Shown here: positions 18,988 through 28,789 of the stretch, in pieces
Position numbering within the stretch: position 1 is the stretch's first letter
How the letters are laid out: each line of letters begins with the position of its first letter
Assembly (NCBI GenBank): GCA_965223905.1
Contig: CBDCXV010000011.1
Span: forward strand, 192,001 to 256,000
Direction: 5' to 3'
Source: Candidatus Latescibacterota bacterium
GTDB taxonomy: Bacteria; Latescibacterota; UBA2968; UBA8231
Length of the DNA stretch: 64,000 bases
Position numbers and translations under genes: made by a program
The notes under the pieces: model-generated
What the model was told of the DNA's origin: nothing
Seen by the model: the letters and a program-made list of their open reading frames with translations, nothing else
Database searches by the model: none

Positions 18988-20408
18988 CTTGACTCCCTCG
19001 TAACAACCCCGTTTTCAAGACAGATATTTTTCTTTGAAACTTTAGTTTCACCAACATGAAAAGAATCGAGAATGAGCGCAATTCGCCGCCATTAAGCTGC
19101 TTCAGCGCTCTATCGTCTGATGGCCTCGAATCGGGCTAATAGGTCCTTTTTTCGGCGCCGAAAGCGTCCTCCGGCCCCTTTTTCAGCCCCTTGCCGGGCT
19201 TATGGACACAGGTTTGGGCGCCAGCGCGCGCACCATTCCCTTGATCAGGTAGACGGCCAACTCCACTCTCCAGCGTCCGCGCACGCGCAGGGCGCCCAGA
19301 CCGTGTCTTCGTTTGAGCTCCGAGACCGTGGCCTCGATGCCGGCGCGAATGCGATAGCGTTCCCGGAAGGCGCCGCTGGCGATGGCGCGGCGGCGGCGTT
19401 CGAGGTTGGCCGCCTTCAGGTCCACGGTTGCAGCGAGGCGCTGCCGACTTTCTCAGGCGCCTTCAGCGCCACCGGCACGCCGCCTTCGCCGGCGTCGTCG
19501 TCCTCCTCCGAGGGGCGTTGCTTGTTCGCGACCGCGTCGCACTGCTCGGCCAGCAGGCGCTGCAGCAGCGCGTAGGACTCCAAGCCCTCCGCCGCAGTGC
19601 CCGCAAACAGCTGATGGAGACGGTAGAGGTCGCGGGCGCACACCGGCAGCCGCCTCTTCCCCGTGCCGGAAGGCGCGTCCTGGTAGGCCGTGGCACTGCC
19701 GTCCTTCTTCAGGTAGCGAAGGAAGGCGCAGGCGCTTCGACACCCGCCCGCACAGACGCGGATGCTGAACCGCCAGGGTCTTCAGAAAGTGACGGAGGGT
19801 CTCACAGAACAGCCCCAGACGCGACAACACCGCGATGTTGCTGATCACGTGGGTGGAGTCCAGACGCTTGCCGGGTGACCTTCGTACCCAACGCTTGGAG
19901 AATGCGATCCGTGGTCGCCTCGAACGCCTGCCGGCCGCGGTCATGGGCCAGCAAGCGCGCGCGGAAGTTGTGCAGCGTGTCCTGCGCCAGGTGGGCCTCG
20001 TCCGGGGTCAGCTCCAGGTCGTGCTGCCACAGCAGGCTGAACTCCAGCTGCTCCAGCGTCTCGGCGTCGGTCAGAGCGAACATCTCCTTGAGCAGAAGAA
20101 CGCCCAAGACCGTCGGCACCGGCTGGTTGGGACGACCGTTGTCGTCGCAATACAAGGACGAAAACTGCGCTTCGTCGATCAGCGCCAAGGCGTGCGCGCG
20201 AAAGGTCTCGGCCCAGCTCGCCTGCAGGCGCCGCTGCTTGGCCGGAGGCACCAGGTTGCGGCTCTCGAACAGGTTGCGTTGCGAATCCTTCTTACGAAAC
20301 ATCAGCCCCATCCACTAGAGAGGAAGTGTGTGACGGATTGGTATACCCCAATATACCAAGAACCCCTGATTATCAGGGCTGTGAGGGGGGGGTTACGAGA
20401 GAATCAAG
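18988..20408 (-). mobile_element. Decayed IS1182-like insertion sequence
   Basis: Ends CTTGACTCCCTCGTAACAACCCC (18988) and GGGGGGTTACGAGAGAATCAAG (20408) enclose transposase fragments. Confidence 0.8.
19183..20311 (-). pseudogene. IS1182-like DDE transposase, frameshifted and internally deleted
   Basis: Fragments lie in several frames: DUF772-like 'GRPN..VLLLKEMF.LTD...TLHNFR', 'RLDSTHV', 'SASLQ', and C-terminal 'YRIRAGIEATVSELKR.HGL..LRVRG'. The central portion is missing. Confidence 0.85.
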
Positions 20409-20490
20409 GTTGGATTGTACAGATACGCAGGTATTGCCTATAATTTACTCTGGTTCAGGGCGTTGTCAGAAATAGCCCGCAGGTGTTCGG

Positions 20491-20994
20491 TCACGAAAGC
20501 AGCTTCAGGAGACTTTCGAGCTCAGTCCGCAACTCGGACAGGAACTGGAACACTTGCCGGTGATCAGTCTGCCCATTTGAGACCGCCCCAGGGGTCGAGG
20601 TTGCAGCGGCAGGCACCCTTGCATGTCGCTTGGCGGCAGGGGTCTGCAATGTGGCCGAGACTTCTACCTCTCCCGCAGCAACTAGGAATGCCCTCAGTGA
20701 CTCACCGGCTCTGCGGACCAGCTCGGGCTCGTTCTTCAGTTTCTGCCGTGCACCGCGGGTCGAATAGCGATCATGGTGCAGGAGGCGCTTTATGAGGAAA
20801 ATGATGCCGATATCGCGCTCGCGATAGGCGCGGTTCTTTCCGCGCACCCGGCGAGGCCTCAGACAGGAAAATTCCTTTTCCCAAGCGCGCAAGGTGTAAT
20901 GCGGCAACTGGGTAATCTCTGCAACCTCGCCAATGCTGTAATAGAGTTTCGTATCCAGAGCCCGTCTGGATTCAGATGATCCGAATGGAGACAC
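20491..20994 (-). CDS. MerR-family HTH regulator
   Basis: KLYYSIGEVAE....YTLRAWEKEF..LRP.R...NRAYRERDI. Confidence 0.88.
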   Translation of the reverse strand: MSPFGSSESRRALDTKLYYSIGEVAEITQLPHYTLRAWEKEFSCLRPRRVRGKNRAYRERDIGIIFLIKRLLHHDRYSTRGARQKLKNEPELVRRAGESLRAFLVAAGEVEVSATLQTPAAKRHARVPAAATSTPGAVSNGQTDHRQVFQFLSELRTELESLLKLLS

Positions 20995-21009
20995 CTGTAT
21001 TGAAAACTC

Positions 21010-22389
21010 CTAATTTGCTGATTTCCGTTTGTCCCGTCGGCTTCGCCAGAAGATCCTGAGAGGAGAACCCTTGAAATCAAATTCCTCCCGTAGGCTTTTT
21101 TCCAGATTTCGAGAGTAGGAATCGGACACCAGTTCGGGATGATCTGCAAAAACAACAAAAGAAGGCGGCGATATTGCCTGTTGTGTAGCGTACAGGATAT
21201 TTACAGCACGACCACTTCTGCGAGCTGCGTTTTTCGCCGTGACTTGCCCAAGGAGCCTGTTCAGACGTGCAGTGGGCACTCGACGCCGCCGGCTGTCGAA
21301 GATTGCCGCGGCTGTTTCCAAACATCGAGAGACCCGGCTCCCTGTCAAGGCGGAAAGAACGACAACCGGAAAATCCCGCAGGAATGGGTATCGATCTCGG
21401 ATGCTGTTGGCAAACTGTCCGGCGTCCTTCGGGTAGTCGACGACATCCCATTTGTTGATCGCGACAGCCATCCCGCTGCCGGAGTCCACGATCTTTGACA
21501 TGATCCGGGCGTCCTGCGTCGTGACTCCCTCGGCGGCGTCGATGATCGCCAAGGTGACATCGGTCTGTTCTATCGCACGCGCCGCGCGTAGCGAACTGTA
21601 GTACTCCACCCGGTCATCTATCCGACGGCGCCGGCGCACCCCAGCTGTGTCCATCAGCAGGAAACGGCGTCCCCCCCAGTGGATGCGGATTTCGGTGGTG
21701 TCGCGGGTTGTACCCGGCCTTTGGTGGACGATGGAAACCCGAGATCCTGCGAGTCGATTCATCAACGTCGACTTTCCAACGTTTGGCCTGCCGGCAAGTA
21801 CGACCCGGATTGCATCCGCCTCTTCCCCGGACCCGGAGGTGGCTTCAGGGACTTCGAACCGAGCTGTCAGGAGATCGAGAAGGTCCCCCGACAACCGCCC
21901 GGATGCCGCCGAAACTGGGATCGGTGTCCCCAACCCGAGGCTGAAAAAATCCCCCAACAAGGCCTCCTCCTGCCCAGGGGAATCGAGTTTGTTGACGACA
22001 GGGAGGGACTCTACACCGTTTCGTCGCAGCACCTCAGCGACTTCACAGTCGGTAGCGGTGGCACCGGAAGTGGCGTCGCACACTAGCATGACAATGTCCG
22101 CTTGCTCGACGGCGAGCTCTGCCTGCTCTCGCACCGCCGATTCAATGGCATCCTTTGAAAAGGGAACGAATCCGCCGGTATCCATCAGGGAAAACCGGCA
22201 GCCATTCCACTCAACCTCAACAGCGATGCAGTCCCTTGTTATGCCGGGGTGATCATCGGTAATTGCCTGCCGCCGACCTGCAAGCCTGTTGAATAACGTC
22301 GACTTGCCGACATTTGGACGGCCGACGATGGCCACAAGCGGCCGTACCAATCCGATCCGACGATCCCTTTCGGCCGATTTACCGCTCAT
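21010..22389 (-). CDS. der: Ribosome biogenesis GTPase Der
   Basis: Two G domains (GRPNVGKSTL twice, DTGG/DTAG, NKLD/NKWD) and a KH-like C-terminus. Confidence 0.96.
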   Translation of the reverse strand: MSGKSAERDRRIGLVRPLVAIVGRPNVGKSTLFNRLAGRRQAITDDHPGITRDCIAVEVEWNGCRFSLMDTGGFVPFSKDAIESAVREQAELAVEQADIVMLVCDATSGATATDCEVAEVLRRNGVESLPVVNKLDSPGQEEALLGDFFSLGLGTPIPVSAASGRLSGDLLDLLTARFEVPEATSGSGEEADAIRVVLAGRPNVGKSTLMNRLAGSRVSIVHQRPGTTRDTTEIRIHWGGRRFLLMDTAGVRRRRRIDDRVEYYSSLRAARAIEQTDVTLAIIDAAEGVTTQDARIMSKIVDSGSGMAVAINKWDVVDYPKDAGQFANSIRDRYPFLRDFPVVVLSALTGSRVSRCLETAAAIFDSRRRRVPTARLNRLLGQVTAKNAARRSGRAVNILYATQQAISPPSFVVFADHPELVSDSYSRNLEKSLREEFDFKGSPLRIFWRSRRDKRKSAN

Positions 22390-23789
22390 CTTCCCGAGTC
22401 CTCGCCTCTTTGCCCGGACCCGACGAAAAAGCCGAACTCGGACAGCTGCCTGCCGTCGCCGCGGGAACGCACCGCCGAGAAATTACCATCCCCAAGGGAA
22501 TTTCCAATCCCGCGAGCGAGGTCGTACTCTCCGATCGAGACCGGGATTCCTGTCGCAGCCTGTAGATCGGCAACGGTCATATCGTCGATCGTCAGGCCAT
22601 CCCCGTTAATGCAGTTCGGGGGCAGTATCGCCAAGTCCCACGGGCTGTTTTTCAACGAGGCGATGATATCTCGACCCGCCAAAAGGCCGGAGACGGTGAT
22701 TCCGTGCCCGAAGAAGTCGTTTTCGATTGGAACAAGGGTGGCCTTGGGTACGGCGAGATCCCTGAGCTCTTCGACAACGGGAGCCAGGAACCTAGCCGCC
22801 AAGGTTCCGGTTACCAAAGCCATCCGCACTGGAGTTCCCCGACCTGCATCTCGGATGGCAAGGTCTCGAAGGTGGAGCTTTCCCTGTTCCCAACGATCGA
22901 GAAACGCTCTCACCATACCGATGCCGTTTTCGATCTGGGGAAAGCTGTCGTAGTAGGGGATCTGCGGCGGCAGCCGTCCGCTAAGCAGAAACAGCTCGTC
23001 GGCAGCATAGATGAAACGCTCTCCGAGTTTGTTGACAAACCGCGAACCCCAAGTCTCAGCAGCATCGAGGTATTCGATGGCGAGTTCGGGCGTAACCGTC
23101 CGCAGCCTGGGCAAGTGAGAACGGAAACGGGTCAGCCCAACCGGGACCAGGGCTACGGAGCGCAGATCCGGATAGAATTCGGCCAAGTCACGGACGGTGC
23201 GCTCCAGATGCGACCCGTCGTTTATCCCGGGACAGATTACGACCTGTGCATGCATCTCGATTTCGTGCTCTGCGAGCAGTCGAATTCTGTCGAGTATCGG
23301 AACGGTTGGTTTCCTGCGGCCGAGAAGCTGCTGCCGGAGTTCCGGATCGGTCGCGTGAACGGAGATGTACTGGGGCGAAAGTCTCTGCTCGACAATGCGG
23401 TGGAGATCGGCGTCCCGCATGTTCGTCAGGGTCACGTACGATCCGTGCAGAAAGGACAACCGGTAGTCGTCGTCCTCAAAGTATAGGCTGCGCCGCAAGC
23501 CCTTTGGCATCTGATGCAAGAAACAGAATACACACTTGTTGTTGCAGCGCCTAAGTCGCATCTCATCGAAGTGAATCCCCATATTCTCGCCATGCACCCT
23601 GTCGACCTCGACGGTATAGATTTCTCCTTCGCGTTCTACTTCGAACAGGAGCAGGGGATCCGCGCTGTGAACCTGAAAGTCGATGAGATCGCGGATCTCC
23701 TCCCCATTTACCGCCAGAATGCGGTCCCCACTCCGAAAGCCTGCCCGCGCTGCGAGCGAACTTTCTTCGATATGCTTGACCGAAATCAC
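22386..23789 (-). CDS. PDZ plus radical-SAM-like DUF512 protein
   Basis: N-terminal PDZ-like segment, CNNKCVFC, DDDYRLSFLHG.YVTLTN, PQIENGIG. Confidence 0.88.
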   Translation of the reverse strand: MISVKHIEESSLAARAGFRSGDRILAVNGEEIRDLIDFQVHSADPLLLFEVEREGEIYTVEVDRVHGENMGIHFDEMRLRRCNNKCVFCFLHQMPKGLRRSLYFEDDDYRLSFLHGSYVTLTNMRDADLHRIVEQRLSPQYISVHATDPELRQQLLGRRKPTVPILDRIRLLAEHEIEMHAQVVICPGINDGSHLERTVRDLAEFYPDLRSVALVPVGLTRFRSHLPRLRTVTPELAIEYLDAAETWGSRFVNKLGERFIYAADELFLLSGRLPPQIPYYDSFPQIENGIGMVRAFLDRWEQGKLHLRDLAIRDAGRGTPVRMALVTGTLAARFLAPVVEELRDLAVPKATLVPIENDFFGHGITVSGLLAGRDIIASLKNSPWDLAILPPNCINGDGLTIDDMTVADLQAATGIPVSIGEYDLARGIGNSLGDGNFSAVRSRGDGRQLSEFGFFVGSGQRGEDSGR

Positions 23790-24076
23790 GTCTGGCCTGA
23801 CCCCCAGTGTATCAACCGTGGTAACAACTGCCAGAGAGGTGGGCTAAACGGTTGAATGTTCACGGACTATCGATTCTGACCCCATGCCACGTTTATCGGA
23901 CCGACCTGAGCAGGCTGCCCCTCTGTATCGACGGTTTTTGGGGTTTAGGGTGAATCGGGGCCAAGTTCACTGGCATCGGTGAGAAGCTTCCCGGCGAGAC
24001 CCAGATCGGCCCCCGAAATCAGGCTTCTGGGTCCCTTGGCCCGCTTGAATAAAGGCGCGTTCGGTGGGCAAATTAA

Positions 24077-24151
24077 TGGAGCGGGAGACGGGAATCGAAC
24101 CCGCGACATCAAGCTTGGGAAGCTTGCGTTCTACCCCTGAACTACTCCCGC
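24077..24151 (-). tRNA. tRNA-Gly(CCC)
   Basis: GCGGGAG acceptor stem, anticodon loop TT-CCC-AA, GGTTCGATTCC, encoded CCA. Confidence 0.96.
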
Positions 24152-24250
24152 TCCCAAAGACGCTGCCTTCGACCATCGTCTCTCGAACTACGGCGAGAAG
24201 GTTTTCGGGCAGCAGCCAGTTGAAGCCAACTCTATGTTGTTTAACGGTTT

Positions 24251-24278
24251 AAGATAACAGTTCCAAGATTTGTGTCAA
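24251..24278 (-). promoter_or_regulatory. Putative sigma70 promoter of tRNA-Gly
   Basis: Minus strand TTGACA, 16-bp spacer, TATCTT. Confidence 0.5.
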
Positions 24279-24317
24279 TGTTTTTCATCCTTGAAAGTGG
24301 AGGTATGCCATGCTATT

Positions 24318-25271
24318 TCAGCAGTTCCCTCGACGCCAGCCCACCTGAGCTGCAACTCGATCGAACGTCCCTTGTTGTCCAAGGCGGTTGAGATCGAGCC
24401 AGCGCAGGCGCCGGTCTTTTCTGAACCAGGTATTTTGGCGCTTGGCATACCTGCGCGAGCGCTGTTTGATCGCATCAACCTCTCTCGCCAAGTTGGTTCC
24501 TTCCTCGAGATGACGGGCAAGTTCATCATACCCAAGTGAACCGAAACCTGCACTGGATCTGGTGAATCCCATTTCCAGTAGCTTGGCGGTTTCACGCATC
24601 CATCCCTCGGCCATCATCCTATCGACGCGGTCATTCACGCGCCGGTACAAGGTTTCCCGATCGCGCCACAAACCGAACATCATCGGTGTATCTGGAAGCC
24701 CTGTCTGCGAATGCAGTCGAAAGTGTTGCGACCGATTTTCCGAGGTCCCCAGGGAGATCTCGAGGGCCCGCAGGATGCGGGGCGTATCGTTAGGGGATAT
24801 GCTGGCATAAGCGATGGGATCGAGCTTGCCCAGTTCATGATGGAGACTTGCCAGACCTTCTTCTTCAAGCTTGCTTGTCAACGTTTTCCTAAGATCGGGA
24901 GTGGGGATGTCGGTCTCGAACAGTCCGTCTACGAGGGCTGACAAGTACAGACCAGATCCCCCTATCACTATCGGCATAGTCCCCCGACTGTGGAGCGCCG
25001 AAATCAGGGGTCGCGCCTCGCGAGCGAATCTGCCTGCGCTATAATATTCGTCGGGATTGCAAATGTCGATGAAATGGTGGACGATCTGTTCCTGGTCTTC
25101 CCGGGACGGCTTGGCAGTACCGATATCCATGAAACGATAGATCTGACAGCTGTCTACGGAGACTATCTCGCCATTGAAAGCCCGCGCCAATTGGAGTCCA
25201 AGGGATGACTTTCCCACAGCTGTAGGGCCGGTAATTACGATTGTTTCTCGTTTTTCTACGCGATCAGGCAA
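24318..25271 (-). CDS. miaA: tRNA dimethylallyltransferase
   Basis: GPTAVGKS, EIVSVDSCQIY..MDIGTAKP, GGSGLY, YAKRQ.TWF. Confidence 0.96.
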   Translation of the reverse strand: MPDRVEKRETIVITGPTAVGKSSLGLQLARAFNGEIVSVDSCQIYRFMDIGTAKPSREDQEQIVHHFIDICNPDEYYSAGRFAREARPLISALHSRGTMPIVIGGSGLYLSALVDGLFETDIPTPDLRKTLTSKLEEEGLASLHHELGKLDPIAYASISPNDTPRILRALEISLGTSENRSQHFRLHSQTGLPDTPMMFGLWRDRETLYRRVNDRVDRMMAEGWMRETAKLLEMGFTRSSAGFGSLGYDELARHLEEGTNLAREVDAIKQRSRRYAKRQNTWFRKDRRLRWLDLNRLGQQGTFDRVAAQVGWRRGNC

Positions 25272-25378
25272 GGGTCGGTTCTGATGCCATTTCGGGCAAA
25301 TCCGTTCCGCAACGACCCGCCTTGAGAGATGGAACCAAAAACTCCTGCAATCATGTTCTGATCAAAGGAGTATTAGGA

Positions 25379-25456
25379 TGGTCGGGGTGGGCGGATTCGA
25401 ACCGCCGACCCCCTGCTCCCGAAGCAGGTGCGCTAACCGGACTGCGCTACACCCCG
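25379..25456 (-). tRNA. tRNA-Pro(CGG)
   Basis: CGGGGTG acceptor, CCTGC-TT-CGG-GA-GCAGG, GGTTCGAATCC, CCA. Confidence 0.96.
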
Positions 25457-25549
25457 AATGCCGACGTTGTGCACGTACTTAAATGGTAAATGGGCCATGA
25501 GTTGTTCACCCTGCGAGGGGCGATGACCCATGACCCATTTGTGAAAAGA

Positions 25550-25626
<77 letters not shown>

Positions 25627-25657
25627 ACGACCTGTCTACCTCACGAAACGGAAGAAA

Positions 25658-25734
25658 TGGCGAGCTATACAGGATTCGAACCTGTGACCTCTAGCTCCGG
25701 AGGCTAGCGCTCTATCCAGCTGAGCTAATAGCTC
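25658..25734 (-). tRNA. tRNA-Arg(CCG)
   Basis: GAGCTAT acceptor, CTAGC-CT-CCG-GA-GCTAG, GGTTCGAATCC, CCA. Confidence 0.96.
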
Positions 25735-25773
25735 GCAACTGCGACCGAATCCCGGTCGAAGCGACCAAAACGC

Positions 25774-25869
25774 TTACAGAGCGCGCTTCTTGTGTCGATT
25801 TTTTCGCAAACGCTTTTTGCGTTTGTGTGTGTTGATCTTATGCCGCTTTCTCTTCTTCCCACACGGCAT
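25774..25869 (-). CDS. Small basic ribosomal protein, bS22/AURKAIP1-COX24 family (31 aa; absent from ORF track)
   Basis: Translated by hand as MPCGKKRKRHKINTHKRKKRLRKNRHKKRAL*. Confidence 0.85.
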   Translation of the reverse strand: MPCGKKRKRHKINTHKRKKRLRKNRHKKRAL

Positions 25870-26170
25870 CTTTCTTTGCTCCTGTCGGGGAACCGCTATT
25901 TTCCACACGGCCCCTCAGTTCCTTGGATGGTTTGAAAACGGGCGCTCGACGCCTAGATATCTTGACCTCTGACCCGGTACGAGGATTGCGACCAGTTCGC
26001 GGCGCCCTGCTAATGGCTTTGAAAGTTCCGAATCCCCTGATCTCGATGTGCTCCCCACTCTGCAGCGCATCGACCACCGATTCGATAAAGCCATCGACCA
26101 CTGCTGCCGTGTCGGTTTTCGTCAAGCCCGTGGCATGGGCGATCTGCCGAACGATATCAGCCTTGGTCAA
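25838..26170 (-). CDS. HU/IHF-family DNA-binding protein
   Basis: TKADIV...IEIRGFGTF...R.GRNPRTG...PVFKPSKEL; probable TTG start after AAAGGGAGGAG. Confidence 0.93.
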   Translation of the reverse strand: MTKADIVRQIAHATGLTKTDTAAVVDGFIESVVDALQSGEHIEIRGFGTFKAISRAPRTGRNPRTGSEVKISRRRAPVFKPSKELRGRVENSGSPTGAKKDAVWEEEKAA

Positions 26171-26421
26171 GACCGCTCCTCCCTTTGTCAACCATAACGC
26201 GAAGGCTTCGAAACATCCTTCATTTAGGTATGATACACTGAGAAAACCAAAACGTCTGTTGGTCTACGATCCGTTCTGGAGCCCACCTCGAACTTCAATC
26301 GGATTTCTGAGCTAGTGTCCCGTCGCAGAGATAGATTGTCATAATTGGGACGCCGTGAGCCGGGCGCCTCGGCGTCCCAATGGCGACATATTTCTGCGAC
26401 GAGACAATAGATCGAATACTG

Positions 26422-26450
26422 ATGATAACCAAACCCACGGGGGTTGTCAA
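26422..26450 (-). promoter_or_regulatory. Sigma70 promoter upstream of HU-bS22-tRNA cluster
   Basis: Minus strand TTGACA (26450-26445), 17-bp spacer, TATCAT (26427-26422). Confidence 0.65.
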
Positions 26451-26529
26451 GGGACTAAAATGCTCATGAATCACGCTATCACGCTCAGGTCCAGACGCTT
26501 ACGCCGTTTCATCTACAGGGGACGACCCG

Positions 26530-27300
26530 TCACCGGACGGCTGTGTCACCCATGACGAAAACCTCTTCCAAGTCCCAGAAGTCGACATCCGACTGCAGGA
26601 ATACTGCCTTGAAAAGAGGGTCCTTCTGCTGTTCCTTGACCTCGGTGACATAGCCGACTGTAATACCCTTGGGATATCGACCGCCGAGACCTGATGTAAC
26701 GACGCGATCACCTGGCTCGATAATGCTGCTTGCATCGACGTACCGAAGCTGAAACCTCCCCCCGGGAACCCACGAAATGATCCCTTGAGCGCGGCCCCGC
26801 TGTACCACGGAACTGACTCGGGAACGCATTATCAACTGAACTGTAGAAGCGTTCTCCCCGACGTGAATTACGTGGCCCACCAGACCCGCTGCCGTCACAA
26901 CCGGCTGTTCGGTCTCGATTCCTGCGTTGCTTCCGGCGTTGATGACGATGGTGTCGTACAGCTGATCAGGGTCCCTCCCAATGACCTCGGCCGGAATCAG
27001 GTTGCTGAACGGCCTTCGTTGTGGAAACTCAAGCTCCAATCGCAGGCGGCGATTCTCTTCGGCGGCCTCTCGCAGTTGCATGTTTTCCAGTGAAAGACGG
27101 ACGTTCTCGGCGAGCAGGTAGCGGGATTTCCTCTCACTCCGCGAATATCTGGCTACCCGGGAGAATAACCACTGCCCCGAATTCAGAATTGTGGACCGGG
27201 AGTAGTCGGAAATTTTGTTCTGGTGCACTTCGGGTAGTCCCATCATCGTCAGAGACAGAACTACTAGGATGAAGATGACAAGACGACTTCTGTTAGGCAT
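26530..27300 (-). CDS. mreC: Rod shape-determining protein MreC
   Basis: N-terminal TM, coiled coil ENRRLR, AEVIGRDP, GLVG.V, GDRVVTSGLGG.YPKGI.VG. Confidence 0.93.
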   Translation of the reverse strand: MPNRSRLVIFILVVLSLTMMGLPEVHQNKISDYSRSTILNSGQWLFSRVARYSRSERKSRYLLAENVRLSLENMQLREAAEENRRLRLELEFPQRRPFSNLIPAEVIGRDPDQLYDTIVINAGSNAGIETEQPVVTAAGLVGHVIHVGENASTVQLIMRSRVSSVVQRGRAQGIISWVPGGRFQLRYVDASSIIEPGDRVVTSGLGGRYPKGITVGYVTEVKEQQKDPLFKAVFLQSDVDFWDLEEVFVMGDTAVR

Positions 27301-27385
27301 TCAGCGCTCTCACGAGCCGCCCTGTTTCCGAACTGCCGACAGCAGCATACCCCTAGCGAGGCGCGAAATCAGTACCTCAGCAGCG

Positions 27386-28405
27386 TCAGAAAAGAACCTT
27401 CTGGTAGCGATCGAACTCATCGAGGACGCGCGCATTTCCGCGGACCACAGCGGAAAGGGGATCTTCCGTGTCTAGATAGGTAGGCAGGCTCGTCGCCTCG
27501 ATCAAACGCTCGCGCAAACCCCGCAGCTTTCCCCCACCGCCACTGAGAACCATGCCGCGGTCGAGGATGTCAGCCGCCAATTCGGGTGGAGTCCTTTCCA
27601 AGGCGCGGCGCACCCCCGCAATGATCTGCTCGACAGGTTCACTCAGGGCCTCCCGTATTTCTCGGGAGTCTACGGTCAGCGTCTTTGGAATCGCCGCTAC
27701 GAGATCTCTGCCGCGTACCGGCGCTTCCTCTTCGGGCTCCAGCGGAACGGCCGAACCGATCTGGAATTTCACTTGCTCCGCATTGCGGGGACCGATCAGC
27801 AGATTGTACTTCTTGCGCATCCACTCGATGATGGCGAGATCCATCTCATCACCTGCAACGCGGATCGATTCGGGAGTTACCATTCCGGACAGAGCGATAA
27901 CGGCGATCTCCGTTGTGCCTCCACCGACGTCTATCACCATCGATCCGACTGCTTGCTCGACCGGAAGACCGATCCCGATGGCAGCCGCCATCGGTTCACT
28001 GACCAAGTAGACATCGCGGGCCCCCACCCTCTCGCAGGAATTCCGAACCGCCCGCTTCTCCACCTGGGTGGCTCCGGAAGGGACGGAGACGATGATCCTT
28101 GGCCGCACGAACAGCTTGTTGCGCTGCACTTTACGAATAAAATGCCGAATCATTTCTTCGGTGACTTCGAAATCGGCGATGACCCCATCTTTCAATGGCC
28201 GTATCGTCTCGATCTCGGAATTCTCACGGCCCATCATCTCTTTGGCTTCGGCTCCGACGGCAATGGTCTTTTTCGTTATTATGTGCCGCGCCACGATGCT
28301 CGGCTCGTTCAATACGATACCCTCGCCCTTGATGTATATCAGAGTGTTGGCGGTACCGAGGTCAATTCCGATGTCGTTGGAAAGAAATCCATTCAGGAAA
28401 GCCAT
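27386..28405 (-). CDS. mreB: Rod shape-determining protein MreB
   Basis: GIDLGTANT, RPLKDGVIADF, EPMAAAIG, DVGGGTTE, LERTPPEL. Confidence 0.97.
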   Translation of the reverse strand: MAFLNGFLSNDIGIDLGTANTLIYIKGEGIVLNEPSIVARHIITKKTIAVGAEAKEMMGRENSEIETIRPLKDGVIADFEVTEEMIRHFIRKVQRNKLFVRPRIIVSVPSGATQVEKRAVRNSCERVGARDVYLVSEPMAAAIGIGLPVEQAVGSMVIDVGGGTTEIAVIALSGMVTPESIRVAGDEMDLAIIEWMRKKYNLLIGPRNAEQVKFQIGSAVPLEPEEEAPVRGRDLVAAIPKTLTVDSREIREALSEPVEQIIAGVRRALERTPPELAADILDRGMVLSGGGGKLRGLRERLIEATSLPTYLDTEDPLSAVVRGNARVLDEFDRYQKVLF

Positions 28406-28789
28406 TGCAGGAATACTCTCCCTCTTCACGCTCGGCGTTCACAAACAGCCGTTTGTTTGAATTTCGGGACTATGTGCTTCGGCTTCCAGCTTGCCGACGG
28501 GCCGGCAGAACGCCCAGAACCCCCCAGCCCTTCTCAGAATTCGGGGATCCGAAGGGATGACTCGCCGCGAAAAAAGCGTCTACGCGGAGGTGCCAAACAG
28601 AGCGCCGAACCTTCATTTCGACATATGCGAGGCGCGCGGAAAGATAAGGACACCGTTCGGGTTCGCCAACTGGCAACGTTTCGCATAGATGATGCTAACC
28701 TTATATTATTTCACGGCATAAGGATGGTCGCAGTTCCCGAACATCTACGTCTATGCTGACAACACAATAGTCGCAAGGGAGGCTCCAGA

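Noticed and set aside
25488-25540. Long hairpin between the two tRNA-Pro genes
   Set aside because: Typical tRNA-operon spacer structure; no other copy was seen.
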